Assembly (NCBI GenBank): GCA_964019335.1
Contig: OZ025667.1
Span: forward strand, 372,001 to 436,000
DNA from: Diplonema japonicum
Lineage: Eukaryota; Protista; Euglenozoa: Diplonemea
Direction of reading: 5' to 3'
Length of the DNA stretch: 64,000 bases
Below are positions 1 to 14,313 of the stretch, piece by piece (position 1 is the first letter of the stretch; every line of letters starts with the position of its first letter). A program made the position numbers and the translations under genes. Below the pieces are notes generated by a model. The model saw only the letters and a program-made list of their open reading frames with translations. It was not told the origin of the DNA and searched no databases.

Positions 1-1024
1 CGATATGGAGGCTGTGTGGAATCACCTGTTCGGGATGCTTGACGTCTCCATTAAAGAGGTACACATGTATAGCGTCATTTAACACTCACAGCACCCTGTA
101 TTGCTCACAGAGGCACCCCTCAACAGCCATGAAAATAAGGAAAAGGCGGCGGAAATCTTTTTTGAACAGTACCAAACACCGGCTCTCTTCTTCTCGGTGC
201 AGGCAGTCCTTTCATTGTACGCTGCAGGAACTACAACAGGTATGCCGCGCTGCTCTGCGTTACTCAACAGGTGTGGTGGTCGATGTCGGTGATGGTGTGA
301 CGCATGTGTGTCCCGTTTACGAGGGCTTTGTCATCCCTGGGGCTGTGGGCAGGAGCGATGTTGCAGGCAGAGATGTGACGCGGCAGCTGCAGCTACAGCT
401 GAGACAGAGGGGCTATAACTTCACGACGTCTGCGGAACTCGAGATAGTACGGCAAATAAAAGAACAGCAGTGCTATGTCGCTTACATGCCCACGAAAGAG
501 GAGGACCTTGTTAGGACGAAGAAATTCGACAGATCTGAGTATAGGCTTCCTGACGGCGGCAAGTTGCAACTCGCAGCAGAGCGTTTCCGACCACCTGAAG
601 TCCTCTTCGACCCAAAGTTGATTGGCTCCGAGGAGATGGGTGTTGCGCAGCTTCTCTCCCACAGCCTAAAAAAGGTATCAATTATAACCCACACCACCAA
701 ACCACTGCAGTGCGATATCGACGTCCGCAAAAACTTATTCACAAAAATGTTCATAAGCGGTGGCAGCACCCTCTTCAAGGGCTTCGGTGACCGTCTTCTG
801 TCAGAGACCCGTAGGAGTCTGCCACGTGAGGTGATGTGCAAATTACATGCGCCCCCTGAGAGAAAGTACACAACGTGGCTCGGAGGTGCAATTCTTGCTG
901 ACTTGACGGCTTTCAGAAAAATGATGATCACCGCCGAAACCTACAAGGTAGCTATGGGGAGAATCAAAAAATACAAGCACAGGACGAAGGTTCTAGATGC
1001 CTGCACAAACACGCTTTTTTCTAG
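1..1024 (+). CDS. ARP1: Actin-related protein 1 (centractin), 5'-truncated by window edge; 4 short introns (59-91, 240-270, 675-710, 948-982)
   Basis: Spliced translation gives [41 protein letters not shown]|[19 protein letters not shown] and [17 protein letters not shown] (Arp1-type signature); last exon [13 protein letters not shown] ends at 1024. Confidence 0.88.
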
Positions 1025-1122
1025 TCTTCTCTTTCTTCCGTTAATCGTATCGACTTGGGTGGACAGTGCTGAGTGTGAATGTAGTTATTTTATTCAGCGC
1101 TTGAACGTTATCTCAGGTGACA

Positions 1123-3270
1123 ATGTCCGGGAATGCCATAGATCTTGATGCAATTGACATTGATGAGATAGCACCGGAGAAGAAACGGCGACGGTGCCCT
1201 GACAGCGCGGAAAAGAAGGCCAAGCAAGCTAAGACGAAGGACGAGGACGACTATGATCGCAGGATTCAAGAGCGTATGAAGAGATTGCGGGACAAGAGTC
1301 TGTCGCCCGAGCGAGAGAGGAAGCCTATTGAGAGCCACCCCGTACGGGAAGACGAACAGAAGAACGCCCCCCGTCAGCCACCACCTGAGCGCTCTGCGCC
1401 TGTCTTGCAGGCGGACAAGGACGACTTCGAAGACACACCTAATGAAAGCGATCTCATGAAGTCCTCGTTGTGCTTTAGCGAGAGGGACGAGGCGGCATTC
1501 GAAGAGTTGAAAAAGTCAGGGAAGCCTATGACAAAAATCCAAATACAGTTGGAGAAGGCGAGAATGCACAAAGAGCGTGCCAAGAAGCAAGCAAAAGAAG
1601 ATGCAGGATTGAACCCGAAAAAAAGGTTTGGCGCTCGTGCGCGCGAGTACCAGATGATGCGATCAACCGTGACCCACTGGTCAGACAAGACACTTTCGAA
1701 GATGACAGAACGTGACTGGAGGATTCTGAGGGAAGACTTCGAGATTCAGGTACTAGGATCTGGTGCCACGTGCCCCCTACCGATGAGGAACTGGGCAGAG
1801 GGGTACCGGGAAGGGGTACTGTCCCCCATGGTAATGGAAGCCATCAATACAGCCGGTTACAGAGACCCTTCTCCTGTGCAGATGGTATGCATTTTTTAAA
1901 AGTTAAATACTCTCTACTCAAATCAGGCTTGCATCCCTGTCGGCATCAAGAGACTGGACCTTATTGGCTTAGCAGAAACTGGGTCTGGTAAAACCTGCGC
2001 CTTCGTGGTTCCTTTGGTCACCTACGTGTCTGAGCAGCCGCCTATGACAGAGGCCAACCGGGAGCACGGTCCGTATGCTGTGATCATGTGCCCATCGAGA
2101 GAGCTGGCGAATCAAATCGAAGATGAATGCTGCAAGTTTTCACAACCGTTTGGTTTCCGAACCATTTCAGTTGTCGGTGGTGTGAAGCACGAGCAACAAG
2201 GACACGAGATAAGAAAGGGTGTGGAGATCGTGGTAGGCACACCTGGTAGGTTGTGCGATTTGATTGAAAGGCACTACCTAGTATTCAATCAGTGTAACTA
2301 TGTAGTACTCGACGAGGCAGACAGCATGGTGAGGGAAGGAATGGAGGAGCAGGTCGTAACCGTCTTCGAAAACATGCCTTCCTCAAATGACAAGCCAGCA
2401 GAGGCGGATGATGAAGAAATCGGGAAGACAGTATGCTACTTTTCACTTTTCACGCAACACAGTACCGTGTCACCGTCATGTTCAGCTCTACCATGGCCCA
2501 CGAGTTAGAGGGCATAGCGAAGAGGCATCTGCGGCGCCCAGTCATTATCAAGGTCGGGCTGTCTAGCCCCAGCGACATCAAGCAGACAGTCATTGTCATG
2601 GATGAGGCAAAGGACAAAAGAGCGCGCTGCCTTCAGATGCTCAAGGAGATCCTTGCTGGGGTTAGCTCGCCTCTTATTATGGTGTTTTGCAACATGCGAA
2701 CGGAAGTTGAGTCCTTGGGTAACTACCTCGACGAGGAGGGGGTTTCGTCACGCATCATGCACGGTGGCCTGTCGCAGGTATGTTATAGCCATTATTCCAC
2801 ACTCATAACAACTCAACAGGGGCTCCGAGAAGCTGCCATGCAGGACTTCCACGACAGAAAGTACCTGGTATTGATCGCGACAGACATCGTGGGGAGGGGT
2901 ATCGACGTGAAGGGCGTCACGCATGTCTTCAACTATGATTGCCCCGTAGGCGAGAACCCAATCGACAAGTATGGGTTGATGAATACCCGCAACACTTTAC
3001 AGGTACTCGCAGAGGATCGGCAGAACGGGCCGACAGGGTATGAAGGGTGAAGCAGTCACCTTCTTGGTGACCAAGACAGACACGGACATCATGTACGACC
3101 TGAAGAAGAAGGTATGTTATGAATGGGAAATATGAACAAACCAACAGCTTGAATCTGAAGGCCAGGTTGTGCCAAAGGAGCTTGCAATGCAGGAGGCTGC
3201 AAAGATCGCACCTGGGCAGTTGGCAAACAGGAAGAAGCGAGAGACGGTCATCCATGCACGCACGTTCTAG
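1123..3270 (+). CDS. PRP28: DEAD-box RNA helicase PRP28/DDX23 (U5 snRNP 100K); 5 short introns
   Basis: HWSDKTLSKMTERDWRILREDFEI (Prp28-specific N-terminal block), AETGSGKT, PSRELA, GTPGRL, LDEAD, ATDIVGRGIDV and RRIGRTGR after joining GTATG..CAG introns. Confidence 0.93.
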
Positions 3271-3337
3271 GGGTCTTTGCTTTCAGCAAGAAGTTTTTTT
3301 TTTTTTTTTTTACTAACAAAGCATACTCCACGAAGGG

Positions 3338-5146
3338 ATGGGGGACACATCGTTCACAAGTGACCTCAGCAAGCTGGGCTTCACTGACCCAGTGATATGG
3401 GTGACTCCTCCGGAGCCGAATAAGATGCGGCTGTTCGTCAGAGTGAAGGGAAGCTCGCCGTTTGTGTTGATGTGTGAAGACAACTTACTTCTGGAACACT
3501 ACAAGGAGATTGCTGTAAAGTACTTTAGAGAGCGGTGGACGGGAGTTAGGCTGTGCCCTGAGCTCATACTAATACGATGCCTTAACTTCAACAACAAGGA
3601 CAGGCTGTTGGACTTCAAAAGGAAAATCCGCCATCAGTATGGTGAGACGAGCAAGGTCTATGCTCAGCCTGTTGAGAATGCAGATGTGTACAGCGAAAGC
3701 TTCAACGCAGACTACATCAAACAGAACATGGTAGTCACCGACCCTGCGACAGCACCGTTGATCGAGAATTGCGAAACTGAGCTCGTAATTAAGTATGCCG
3801 CCTGCTTCTTCTCAATATTGACAGAAATCTGAGTCTCGACCGATTGATCATCAAGATCACCGATCCCAACACGGCACGCTACGTAGAGGAGGTGTTCTGG
3901 GACACGTACAGGGAGTTTGCAAGACCTCAGGTTGTGCTTCAAAAGCTGATAGAACGGTATGTTTAAGTAGCTCTCTCAAGCTAGACAGGTACGAAGTGCC
4001 GCCTCTTGTAAAGATTGGTGACCCGCAGAAGAGCCCTGCCGACCACGCCACGCACCAATTTATGAAGTATGGCATACAGATGAGAGTTGTGCGGCTGTTC
4101 GAAAAGTGGGTAGAAGATGCCTATTTCGACTTCACGGATGAGATGCAGAAGACACTGTCGAGATGGGTGCGTAACAAGATCGACAAGGACGGCATCCCTC
4201 CAAGGCTGCTCCACCTTATGAAGCAGAAGGAAAGACAAAGGAAGCCCCTGTCGCAATACACGGTGCCGCCTCCTCCCGCGCTGTCACGTGCTGACTTTGA
4301 TCCGTTGTTGGTAAGGGAGCCTGTCAGAGTTCTTTCCACTTATAGTGACAAGGAAATTGCGCAGCAGCTTACGCTCCTCACCTTACACGTATGCAGGTGA
4401 AAGTGCTCAAATTTAAACTCAAACTCAGATACACAACCATCTTCTGCCTTGCGAGTTCATGGGTTGCAAATGGCTGCCTGGCAACGGTGCAGGGTATGCT
4501 GCAATGTTTTAACACACACCACCACAGGCACAACGCACCTAACTTCCGAGTCTACAGGGACATGATTAACAAAGTGGCTAACTGGACACAGTTTGCCATT
4601 GTGAGCGAGGAGGACTTCGACACACGAGTGAATATTGTGAAGAAGCTGTACCTGGTGTGCCAAGAGCTGAGGACGATGACCAACTGGGACATGCTTGTGG
4701 CAGTACACGGCGGGATGTCAGCGCTGCCTAGTACCACACTGCGCAACACGCACTATCAAGTTGAGAACAGTGAATTAGGGCCTTTGGTAAGCGAATTAAA
4801 AGAGATTCTTGCAAACCAAGGTAGAAGCAAGTTGCTTTTAGACTACATGGCAAAGCAGCCCGAAATACCACAACCTGTCTTCCCTTCGATTGTTGTGTGC
4901 CTCAAGCAGTTGGAGTACATGGAAGAGCACCCGGCTGAGGTCGACGGGCAGATCAACTTCTTCCGCATGGCTCTCGAACACAACCTCATTAAACACCTTC
5001 TCAATGCCAAGGGTACCACCTTGCCGTACCAGCCTATACCAAAGCTCCAAGCAGTTTTCACTTTGTTCAAAGTTAAGGATCAGCAAGATCTTATTGCCAT
5101 GGCCTACAGATGCGAGCCACCTCAGAACGAAGCTTATTATGATTAG
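3338..5146 (+). CDS. RasGEF domain protein (REM + CDC25 domains), intron-containing
   Basis: Spliced REM-like TYREFARPQVVLQKLIERYEVP and MRVVRLFEKWVEDAYFDF; CDC25-like EIAQQLTLL, NWDMLVAVHGGM, DGQINFFRM. Confidence 0.8.
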
Positions 5147-5232
5147 ATAGTAATAGAATAGATGTAGTTTCCCTATTGTTTTCTAGCAGAATTCTTGCCA
5201 CCGCATGTAACAAGGAAGAAAGAAAGATCAAA

Positions 5233-6569
5233 ATGGGAAAGGCGGAGTACACAGAAGAGCCGACGGTTGTCAACGACTTTGATTACTATGCGGACCTGAC
5301 GAAAAACGAATGCGTCGAGGTGCGGATGGTGGAGGGGAAGGGGAAGGGGGCCTTTGCTTTGGCCGACTTCGATATCGACGATGAGGTCATAAGAGAGAAC
5401 GCCTTAGCGTGCGCCCAGAATTTAGATGATGTGCGTGACGGGATCAAGGTGTGTGCTGCCACATTGAAGAGCTTAGAGACCCCAAAGGAGAACTTGGTAA
5501 GAGTGTGTCGTTCTTTGAAAGAGGTGGAAGTGCCCTGCATCGCGAAGTACCCCTCGCAAAATGTGGAGCAGTGTGACAACACAGCTACCGGCTGCAAACA
5601 GCTTTACTCTTCGAAAGAGCTGAAGACAATTGCTTGGTACAGATACCACCAAGTGCTGTGCAAGGGACTCATGAGTAGCGAGGAGGTTAAAGCACTTGAG
5701 GAATACGAGAAAGAGAGCTGGATTCAAGGTGGGATTGACTACTCAGACACATTCCACCTGGCGCTTCACTTCATGGTATGAAACAAACACAACACACGCC
5801 ACGCAGGCTATCATGTTTAGTGGTGTCAAGCTCGGCAGTAGTGTAGAGGAGGTTTTTACACCATTTTCTTATCTCATCTCTTGTCCTTGGGAACGTTTCA
5901 CATTCACGTACCTGCTGGACAAGGACCAGACACCGCAGGGTGATTCCGAAGAAGACAGGCGAACGAAGGAGGAGACGTTAGCCAAGGCCATGAGGTTGAT
6001 GCGCACAATCTTCCAGGTTGGTGAGAACGACGAGCTTCTCACCGAACACCGCTTCACTAGAATCTTGGGAGCTGTGCTTCTCAATGGCCAAGAGCGAGTT
6101 CCTAACTCTCCTTGGGCATGCTACCAGATGTGGCTTCGTACCAATGGCACGAGACAGGAGTACAAGTCCATGAAGTCCTTCTCAAAAAACAACCCCGACC
6201 TTGCATCATCAACCAAGGGACAGGTATGCCGCATCTCATCAGCAAGCATTAATTGCAGGGCGTCTACAGAGTGTGTTCGTGCTTCAATCACTCATGCGAG
6301 CCAAATATTCAGGTACGCAAGCCACACGACACATCATTTATACAGGTGATGTACAGCGATGACAACGACGAAACACTGGTGGTTCATGCCATCAGGGAGA
6401 TCAAGAAAGGGGACGAGCTGTGCATCTCATACATCGACGAAGATGCTAGCTACAACACTAGGCAGGAACAGTTGAGAGACCATTACTTGTTCACGTGTAT
6501 CTGCCCCAAGGTATGACGGATACAACAATCTACCTGCCACAGTGCACACGTGAGTCGACCGAAAGTTGA
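5233..6569 (+). CDS. SET-domain (SMYD-like) lysine methyltransferase
   Basis: GKGKGAFA (SET-N), SCFNHSCEPN, AIREIKKGDELCISYID and YLFTCICPKC post-SET after splicing; ATG at 5233 in an AAAATG context. Confidence 0.85.
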
Positions 6570-6626
6570 GAAATAATCATTAAGCTTTTTGGACACATTT
6601 CAACACACCTTGCAGAAGATACAAAG

Positions 6627-8071
<1,445 letters not shown>

Positions 8072-8321
8072 TTTTACTGACCTTCCCTCCTCTTTTTATT
8101 ATTTATTGTCTTGTTTTTTCTCCTCATTAATTTTTGACCTCACCGATTCTCCTTTTTTTGCAACTCCCTTTTCCCTTTCGTAGTGTGCGGGGTTAGGTCC
8201 CTGCAAGCAGGGTGCCTGGAAGACTGCGATCCTATGGTCCCTCCCACCCGTCATATCAGTATTCAAATGTAGCATTATTTACTAGCATGGTAACATAAAA
8301 AGGAAGCCTTACACATACAAT

Positions 8322-9081
8322 ATGGAGACCGCGATCGGGATCTGTCTGGATGACCACATTGTGCTTGCCTGCTCGGGGAACACCGCCTTTTACTACATGG
8401 TGTTGACGGTATGTTGAAATAAATAGAATTCCTTTTGATCAACTTCGTATAGGATAGAGAAGACAAGTTGGTGCAGCTGGATGACAACAAGCTAGTGGCA
8501 GCTACGGGCGAGCAGGGGGGAAGAGTTGCCTTGTTGCAGTACATAAAATGTGCAATGAAGCCAGCGATGATTCAGAAGGGTGTGCAAAATACTACGAAGG
8601 CGGTGGCGAACTTCATGCGCCAGACTCTGGCGGGGGGGCTGAGGTCCAGAGGGGGAGCGTATCCCGTGAACTGTCTTCTGGGAGGGTTCGACAAGCAGGA
8701 GTCGCAGGTATACAAACCAAGAGGAAGAAGAAACCAAATTAAAGATCAACGACGGCACTTACGGCCCCTCGCTGTTCTGGATGGATTACATGGGTGCCAT
8801 GCAGAAGCTAGACTACGGTGTGCTGTCTTCTCTCACTTTCATACACCACTTTCAGGTACCCACGGATACGGTGGTAGTTTCGTCACTGCCTGCCTTGACC
8901 GACACTACAAAAAGAACATGACCCAGGAGGAAAGCGTCGCCCTCATGAAGACTTGCATCAAGACAGTATGCACCTCTCACTTTAACACACTCCACAGGTC
9001 CACACGAGACTCACCATGAGCTCCGGACAGTTCGTCATCAAGGTGATCGACAAGAATGGCGTACGCCTCGTGGAAGAATAG
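8322..9081 (+). CDS. PSMB2: 20S proteasome subunit beta type-2 (beta4); several short introns
   Basis: METAIGI..; EDKLVQLDDNKLVAATGEQGGR; YPVNCLLGGFD; GPSLFWMDYMG; HGYGGSF..LDRHYKKNMTQEE; FVIKVIDKNG. Confidence 0.88.
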
Positions 9082-9375
9082 GAATACTTCAATTAGAGGG
9101 CTTGGGGCGAGGCATTAGAGCCTTTAGATTTAAAAAAATGGTGATTCTTTCTGGAAAGTTTGAGAGGGGGCTTTTTTTTAAAGGATTTTTTTTTCTGGTG
9201 AATAGAAACAATGAAGAAAACAAAGAAGGAGGAAATATAGTGTTTAACCCTTGCAGTTGCTAGACACAGCACCTGCCTTTCTATCTATAAAGTGTTCCCC
9301 TTAACCTCTAAGACTTTCTTACAAGTACAACCTTTTCCGCTTTTCTGTTCTTACTGCACTGACTAACAGGGAAAC

Positions 9376-10894
9376 ATGCATAGGAGCAGGCAAGGCGTGA
9401 CCGCCCTCCTGAGGGTGAGTCAGAGGGGTAGAAACAGCTATGTTTCGAAGAGGTTTTGCAGCGAAATAGAGAAAGCGATTGCTAAGCAGAAGAAAGAAGC
9501 AGAGGAAGCACAAAGAAGGAATGACCTCATAATGAAGAATGCGAAGTCTGTGCAGGTATGTTGTCTGTTCGATTTCCGTAACTCATTCAGAGCGATGCAG
9601 GGCAGGGTACTGGATTCGAGGACATCACAGAGTTCATGGAGAGGAATGCCGACCAGATCACTACCATCAGAAAGGTATGCCAGAGGTTGCGTTGTTACCC
9701 TCTTCGCAGGAAGTTGAGGACGCCAAGGAGCCCAACACGACAATGCTGCAGTTCGGTTCTATGTTCGGGAAGTGGGTGGTGACGAAGGCAAAGAACACAA
9801 AGGAGTGGGTGTCGATGTCCAGCGAAGAAAGAAAAGAACGAAGGGCAGCTCGGAAGGAGGCAGTCGCCAACAACCGTGCCACCGCAGATGTCGCGATGGC
9901 CAGCTTCTACCAGTCCCAAGAGCTTATCAACTTGATGAAATTTAAAGGTGTTACTTTCGACAGTGGGAAAGAGCCAGGTGTGCCTGCAGCAGATTTCGAG
10001 GGCTTCTCGAGGAGAGTTTGCGACAATTACGACGTCTTCAAGAAGACAGAGGCGTACTCGAACCTTGAGTTCCACGTAGTGAAGGATCCTTCAAAGGGAG
10101 AGAGCAAGTTCGAGAAGCACGCCACAACCAACTATAGAGAAATAGACGAGGGTGCTCTGACAGGGTGGCTCACACAGGAGCAGGAGGTCCCAGAGGCTCA
10201 GGAAGACAAAAAAGAGACGGAAGCCACAAACATCGTGAGGCCCCCACCCTTCAAGGTGGACTACGTGACTGGCGAAGTGACAGTTCTCGATACATGCAGC
10301 CCCGAAGAGTTCCTCGACTTCTTGGAGAGGGAAGCGCCACGTGCAGAGCTCCGCCAGGTTGCTATCTTCGACGAGCAAGTTAAGATGCATGAAGAGATTC
10401 AGAAGTTGGTGGAGAAGACAAAATTAGAAACCATTGTGTACAACGGGGGGCAGTCGTCACTCACAGATAAAGAGTACAAGAAGTTGAAGGCTGAGGGTAA
10501 CGAAAAGAACTACGTTCTTCCTTCTGAGGTGCTGAGAGCAGTGGAGGAAATCAACAAAGCGCCCAGGTTGTACTTGAAACACCTAAAGGGCACGTCCATC
10601 CGTCTGTTACCCGTCAGTCCTGCCCGTGCCTACTTTGTTGATGGTATGTCGCTGAATTGTTTATACACTCCCACAGTGGCCGAGAAGCAAGTATGCATCC
10701 CGAAGGATTTCTACAAGGACACTTTCTTGCCCGTCCATAAGAAATACAAGAGATATCAAAAGGTAAGTCACGCCATCATACACAAGACACAACAGATCGA
10801 GTTCTTCGTCCGGAAGTTGCGCTTCCTCGGTTGGATGATCGTAATCACTCTGCTGGGTGACGTTGAGTGGCCTGCCATGTGGCCCTTAGTGTAG
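9376..10894 (+). CDS. Hypothetical protein with Arg/Ser-rich mitochondrial-like presequence and hydrophobic C-terminus; intron-containing
   Basis: Coding-like ORF segments joined by GTATG..CAG introns; N-terminus MHRSRQGVTALLRVSQRGRNSYVSKRFCS; no family recognised. Confidence 0.65.
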
Positions 10895-11005
10895 TTTTCA
10901 TCATTTGTTTCTGTCTTGGTTCAGCATATCAGTCTGAGGGTTCCTTTTTACCCCTTACTTGTTATCATTTGCTTGCTCAGTTTTCTCCCACTAACTACTC
11001 AAGGA

Positions 11006-11962
11006 ATGTGGAGATATTGGGTGCCTGTTATTTTCGTGATAGCGGCACTGACGTTGCTCGTGCCGAGTCTTAACGATGTTCACGAAGGAAAAAAGAGAGA
11101 TGCGTCAGGATTTATTAGGACCCAGCAGCCTGGCAAGGCGAAGGAAACTGCAGGAGTCGTCGTGTTTGCAATACTCATGATGTGCTGCTGGTATGTCATG
11201 AATCCACGTGACGAGGTGCAGAGCGTAGTGACAGATCATGATGTACACACCCCGAAGAAAAGTAGGAACCTACACTGCGTGTGTCTGCACGGGTATCTTT
11301 CCAGCTCTGCATTTATGGAAATGCAGTTGGGTTTGCTCGGTCTGAAGGAAGGGATCGATCTCACGTTCATTGAGGCGCCACATGAAAGCTCTCAGTCTTT
11401 CGACCCTCTCGTGCGGCCGAGGCCCGGGGAGGTGTTTCACTATTGGTTCGACTTCAGAGAAAATTGTACGCCGAAGGAAGCCACTTCACATATTATTACT
11501 GAAATGTTGAAGATAATCAGCAGAGAGAATAAGCGGGTCGATGGTATTATTGGCTTCAGTCAGGGTGCCTGCGTGGCGACGGATGTCATGGCTGCGATCG
11601 GCACGTGGCGTGCGGATCCCAGCACCGCCCCCTCATTTGTGAGGAACAGCATCCGCAATCTGCCACGTTTCTCTGTTCTCATGAGCTCCGTGTGTCCCGA
11701 TGCCGTCCTGAGGTCAGCAAGGCACGATGATGCCGCGTTACCCATCAGTTGCCCTTCTCTGCATGTCATGGGCAATGCCGATCCTTTAAAAGAAGAAAGT
11801 GATGGCATCTTCGATCTCTACTCTCCTGCCATTGCAACGCGTTTAACCCACAATGGAGGGCACGACGTGAGCACATTTCCTCCTGACATTGCTGTCTCTA
11901 CAGCAGCCTGGCTGGACAGCACAGGCAAGTCAACAGCAAATATCCAGTATTTGAGAACCTAG
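11006..11962 (+). CDS. FSH1/OVCA2-family serine hydrolase with N-terminal hydrophobic segments
   Basis: CLHGYLSS, FIEAPH, DGIIGFSQGA (nucleophile elbow), PSLHVMGNADPL, HNGGHDV give a complete Ser-Asp-His triad. Confidence 0.85.
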   Translation: MWRYWVPVIFVIAALTLLVPSLNDVHEGKKRDASGFIRTQQPGKAKETAGVVVFAILMMCCWYVMNPRDEVQSVVTDHDVHTPKKSRNLHCVCLHGYLSSSAFMEMQLGLLGLKEGIDLTFIEAPHESSQSFDPLVRPRPGEVFHYWFDFRENCTPKEATSHIITEMLKIISRENKRVDGIIGFSQGACVATDVMAAIGTWRADPSTAPSFVRNSIRNLPRFSVLMSSVCPDAVLRSARHDDAALPISCPSLHVMGNADPLKEESDGIFDLYSPAIATRLTHNGGHDVSTFPPDIAVSTAAWLDSTGKSTANIQYLRT

Positions 11963-11997
11963 CAGTTCACAACACATCAGTTTTCACAGAATACAAA

Positions 11998-13673
11998 ATG
12001 GACGATCCTTCGGTGCACAAATTGTTTGTGAGTGGCGTGCCCATGCAGTACGCCAAGGAGGACGTGAGCGATCTGTTCACGAGACACGGGGAGGTAGTTG
12101 AGGTGCACATGCTGCCTCCGAAGGGGAACAACAACAGCCGGTCAGCCTTCGTGAAGTACAGGGATCAAGAAGAGGCTGACAGTGCAATTGGAGCTTTAAA
12201 TGGCATAGAATTTACAGGACAAAAAGAAAGGTTGTCAGTTAAGTACAGCAGGTCAGCACAGCAGGGCGGCAGGCACTCCGAAGTGGCACGGGAGTACACT
12301 ACCGGAAGAGATAGCAATGCGCGATTCCCTGAACGGAGCGGCAGGACGGCTGGTGGCGGAAGTGGGGGTGGTATGGAAAGAAGAAGAGACAGAGGCATTG
12401 GTCAGGGAAAGATGCTGTTTTTCACTGTGAGACACGACAGAAACGAGAGGATTAATTGCAAGGTTTTGGACAAAGTGCTGACCACGTGTGGACAGCCGGT
12501 TAAGATTCTAATTGTACCCAACAACCGTGACGGCTGTCAGGGGTGGGCTCTGATGGAGGACGAGATGATGGCCAGTCGTGCCATCGAGACGTTGGATGGG
12601 CGCAATGTCTTCACGGACGACTGCTTGCTGCACCTTGAGCTCTCGGACAAGCAGGATCTGGACATTAAGTACAATAACTCACTCAGTTGGGACTATGTGT
12701 CTAGTCTCCCGCAAAGCGGGTCCATTCTTGGTGACGAGGACTTCGGGGGCAGAGGAGGCAAAGGTAGGGACAGGGATAGAGGGGACAGGGACAGGGACAG
12801 AGACAGGGACGTAGGACGGACAAGCGATAGGGGTGGCAGAAGATGGTATGCATTTTTCCATTTTTCAATGCATTTTTTGTAGTCAAGCAACTGGCCCCTG
12901 CGTGCTGGTGTGCGGCCTACACCAAGATGTCAACCCAGAGACAAACAACCCCTTCTTCACCCCCGAGTCGCTGCAGGTCATCATGGGGGTGTATGGTGAC
13001 GTGCAGAGGCTGAAGATTCTTCGTCCTAAAGACAACAAGAAGGATACTCAGGCCTTGGTCATGTTCAGAAGACCTGAAGAGGCAGAGCTGGCAAGAGACA
13101 GGCTGAATCACTGCCCCAGTATGCTTTGCATCGCCTGAAATAACAGATTAAACAACAGTCTATGGTACCTCTCTCGCCATCTTCCTATCGGATAAAGAAG
13201 AGATCCGTATCCCACACGAACCGGTATGTTGCTGGTGCTGGCCTTGTTAACATATTTAGGATGAAACCTTTGTCGACTTTTCTGAAATGAGGATTGGGAG
13301 ATTTGGTCCAAAGTTCCCGATCGACCGCCTGAGGGGAGCAAGGGCACCCAGCAATGTGCTGTATGTGTCGGGGTTAGACCCTGAGACCAGCAGCGAAGAG
13401 CTGAAGGAGGCGTACGCTGACGACGGTGCTGTGGAAGCAGAAATGTTCCGTTCCAAAAAGTCAGAAGGCAAGGTAGAGTTCGAGAGCATCGGTGATGCCT
13501 ACGCTGCGCTCGTGAAGACCCACGATTCTAGCCGGCTGGGGAGGTTCGAGCTTAGCAACCGGGTCCGCGTCGCATTCTCGGACCGTACCATCGGACAGGC
13601 ACCACTGATGGTATGCATTGCCTACCGGTTACTTTTACCTTCACAGCGAATCGGCGACGAGAGGCACCGTTAG
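11998..13673 (+). CDS. Multi-RRM RNA-binding protein, PTB/hnRNP-L-like; several introns
   Basis: RRM1 KLFVSGVP..SAFVKY; hnRNP-L/PTB-like RRMs (VLDKVLTTCGQPVKILI, GVYGDVQRLKIL..QALVMF, APSNVLYVSGL); RD/RG-rich linker. Confidence 0.8.
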
Positions 13674-13893
13674 CCGTGCAGTGTATTAGAATGACCATCA
13701 CTTAACAACCTGCTCAAGCGTTTTTTTAATGGTTCTTCTGTTTTTTTTTTTAAATTCTTATTGTTACCTGTGAGTGTTTCGTTGCATTGCAATATTCTTC
13801 GGTTTAAGTGTAGGTGTCGGTGTCTTGTTCCCGTTTCTTTCTCATTTGTCGTTCGATCTGTCTCTTTGTTTTACTTCACTCATTAGGATAATA

Positions 13894-14190
13894 ATGGGTG
13901 TTACAGAGGCTCAGTTCCAGCAGGCGGCCAAGGATGTCCACAAGGCCAAATCTTCCACTCAGGTATGGTCCGCGTCATGAAGCACCCACTAGGCGCAATT
14001 GCTTGGGCTGTATGCCACCTACAAACAAGCGGCGGAAGGTGATGTGAAGGGGAAACAGCCGTCTAGAATGAACTTCCGTGCGCGGGCGAAATATGATGCG
14101 TGGGCGAAACTGAAGGGGCAGTCCAAGCAGAAAGCGATGGATGGGTACTGTACTATTGTCAATGAGATGCTCGGCAAGAGCAAGCTTTAA
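13894..14190 (+). CDS. ACBP: Acyl-CoA-binding protein; 30-nt intron 13963-13992
   Basis: MGVTEAQFQQAAKDV..LLGLYATYKQAAEGDV..ARAKYDAWAKLKGQSKQKAMDGY. Confidence 0.92.
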
Positions 14191-14313
14191 GTTTGTGATG
14201 GCCAATGACCTGCTAGCAACACCATGCTACTGTTCATCGGCTTCGTCTGTCCAACGTTCAGTCTGAGACTTCTTCCTAAGCCCCTCATGCACACAGGATA
14301 ATGTTGTAACAAA

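Noticed and set aside
9244-9315. piggyBac-like left ends (TTAACCCTTGCAG, TTAACCTCTAAG)
   Set aside because: No matching inverted right end found nearby.
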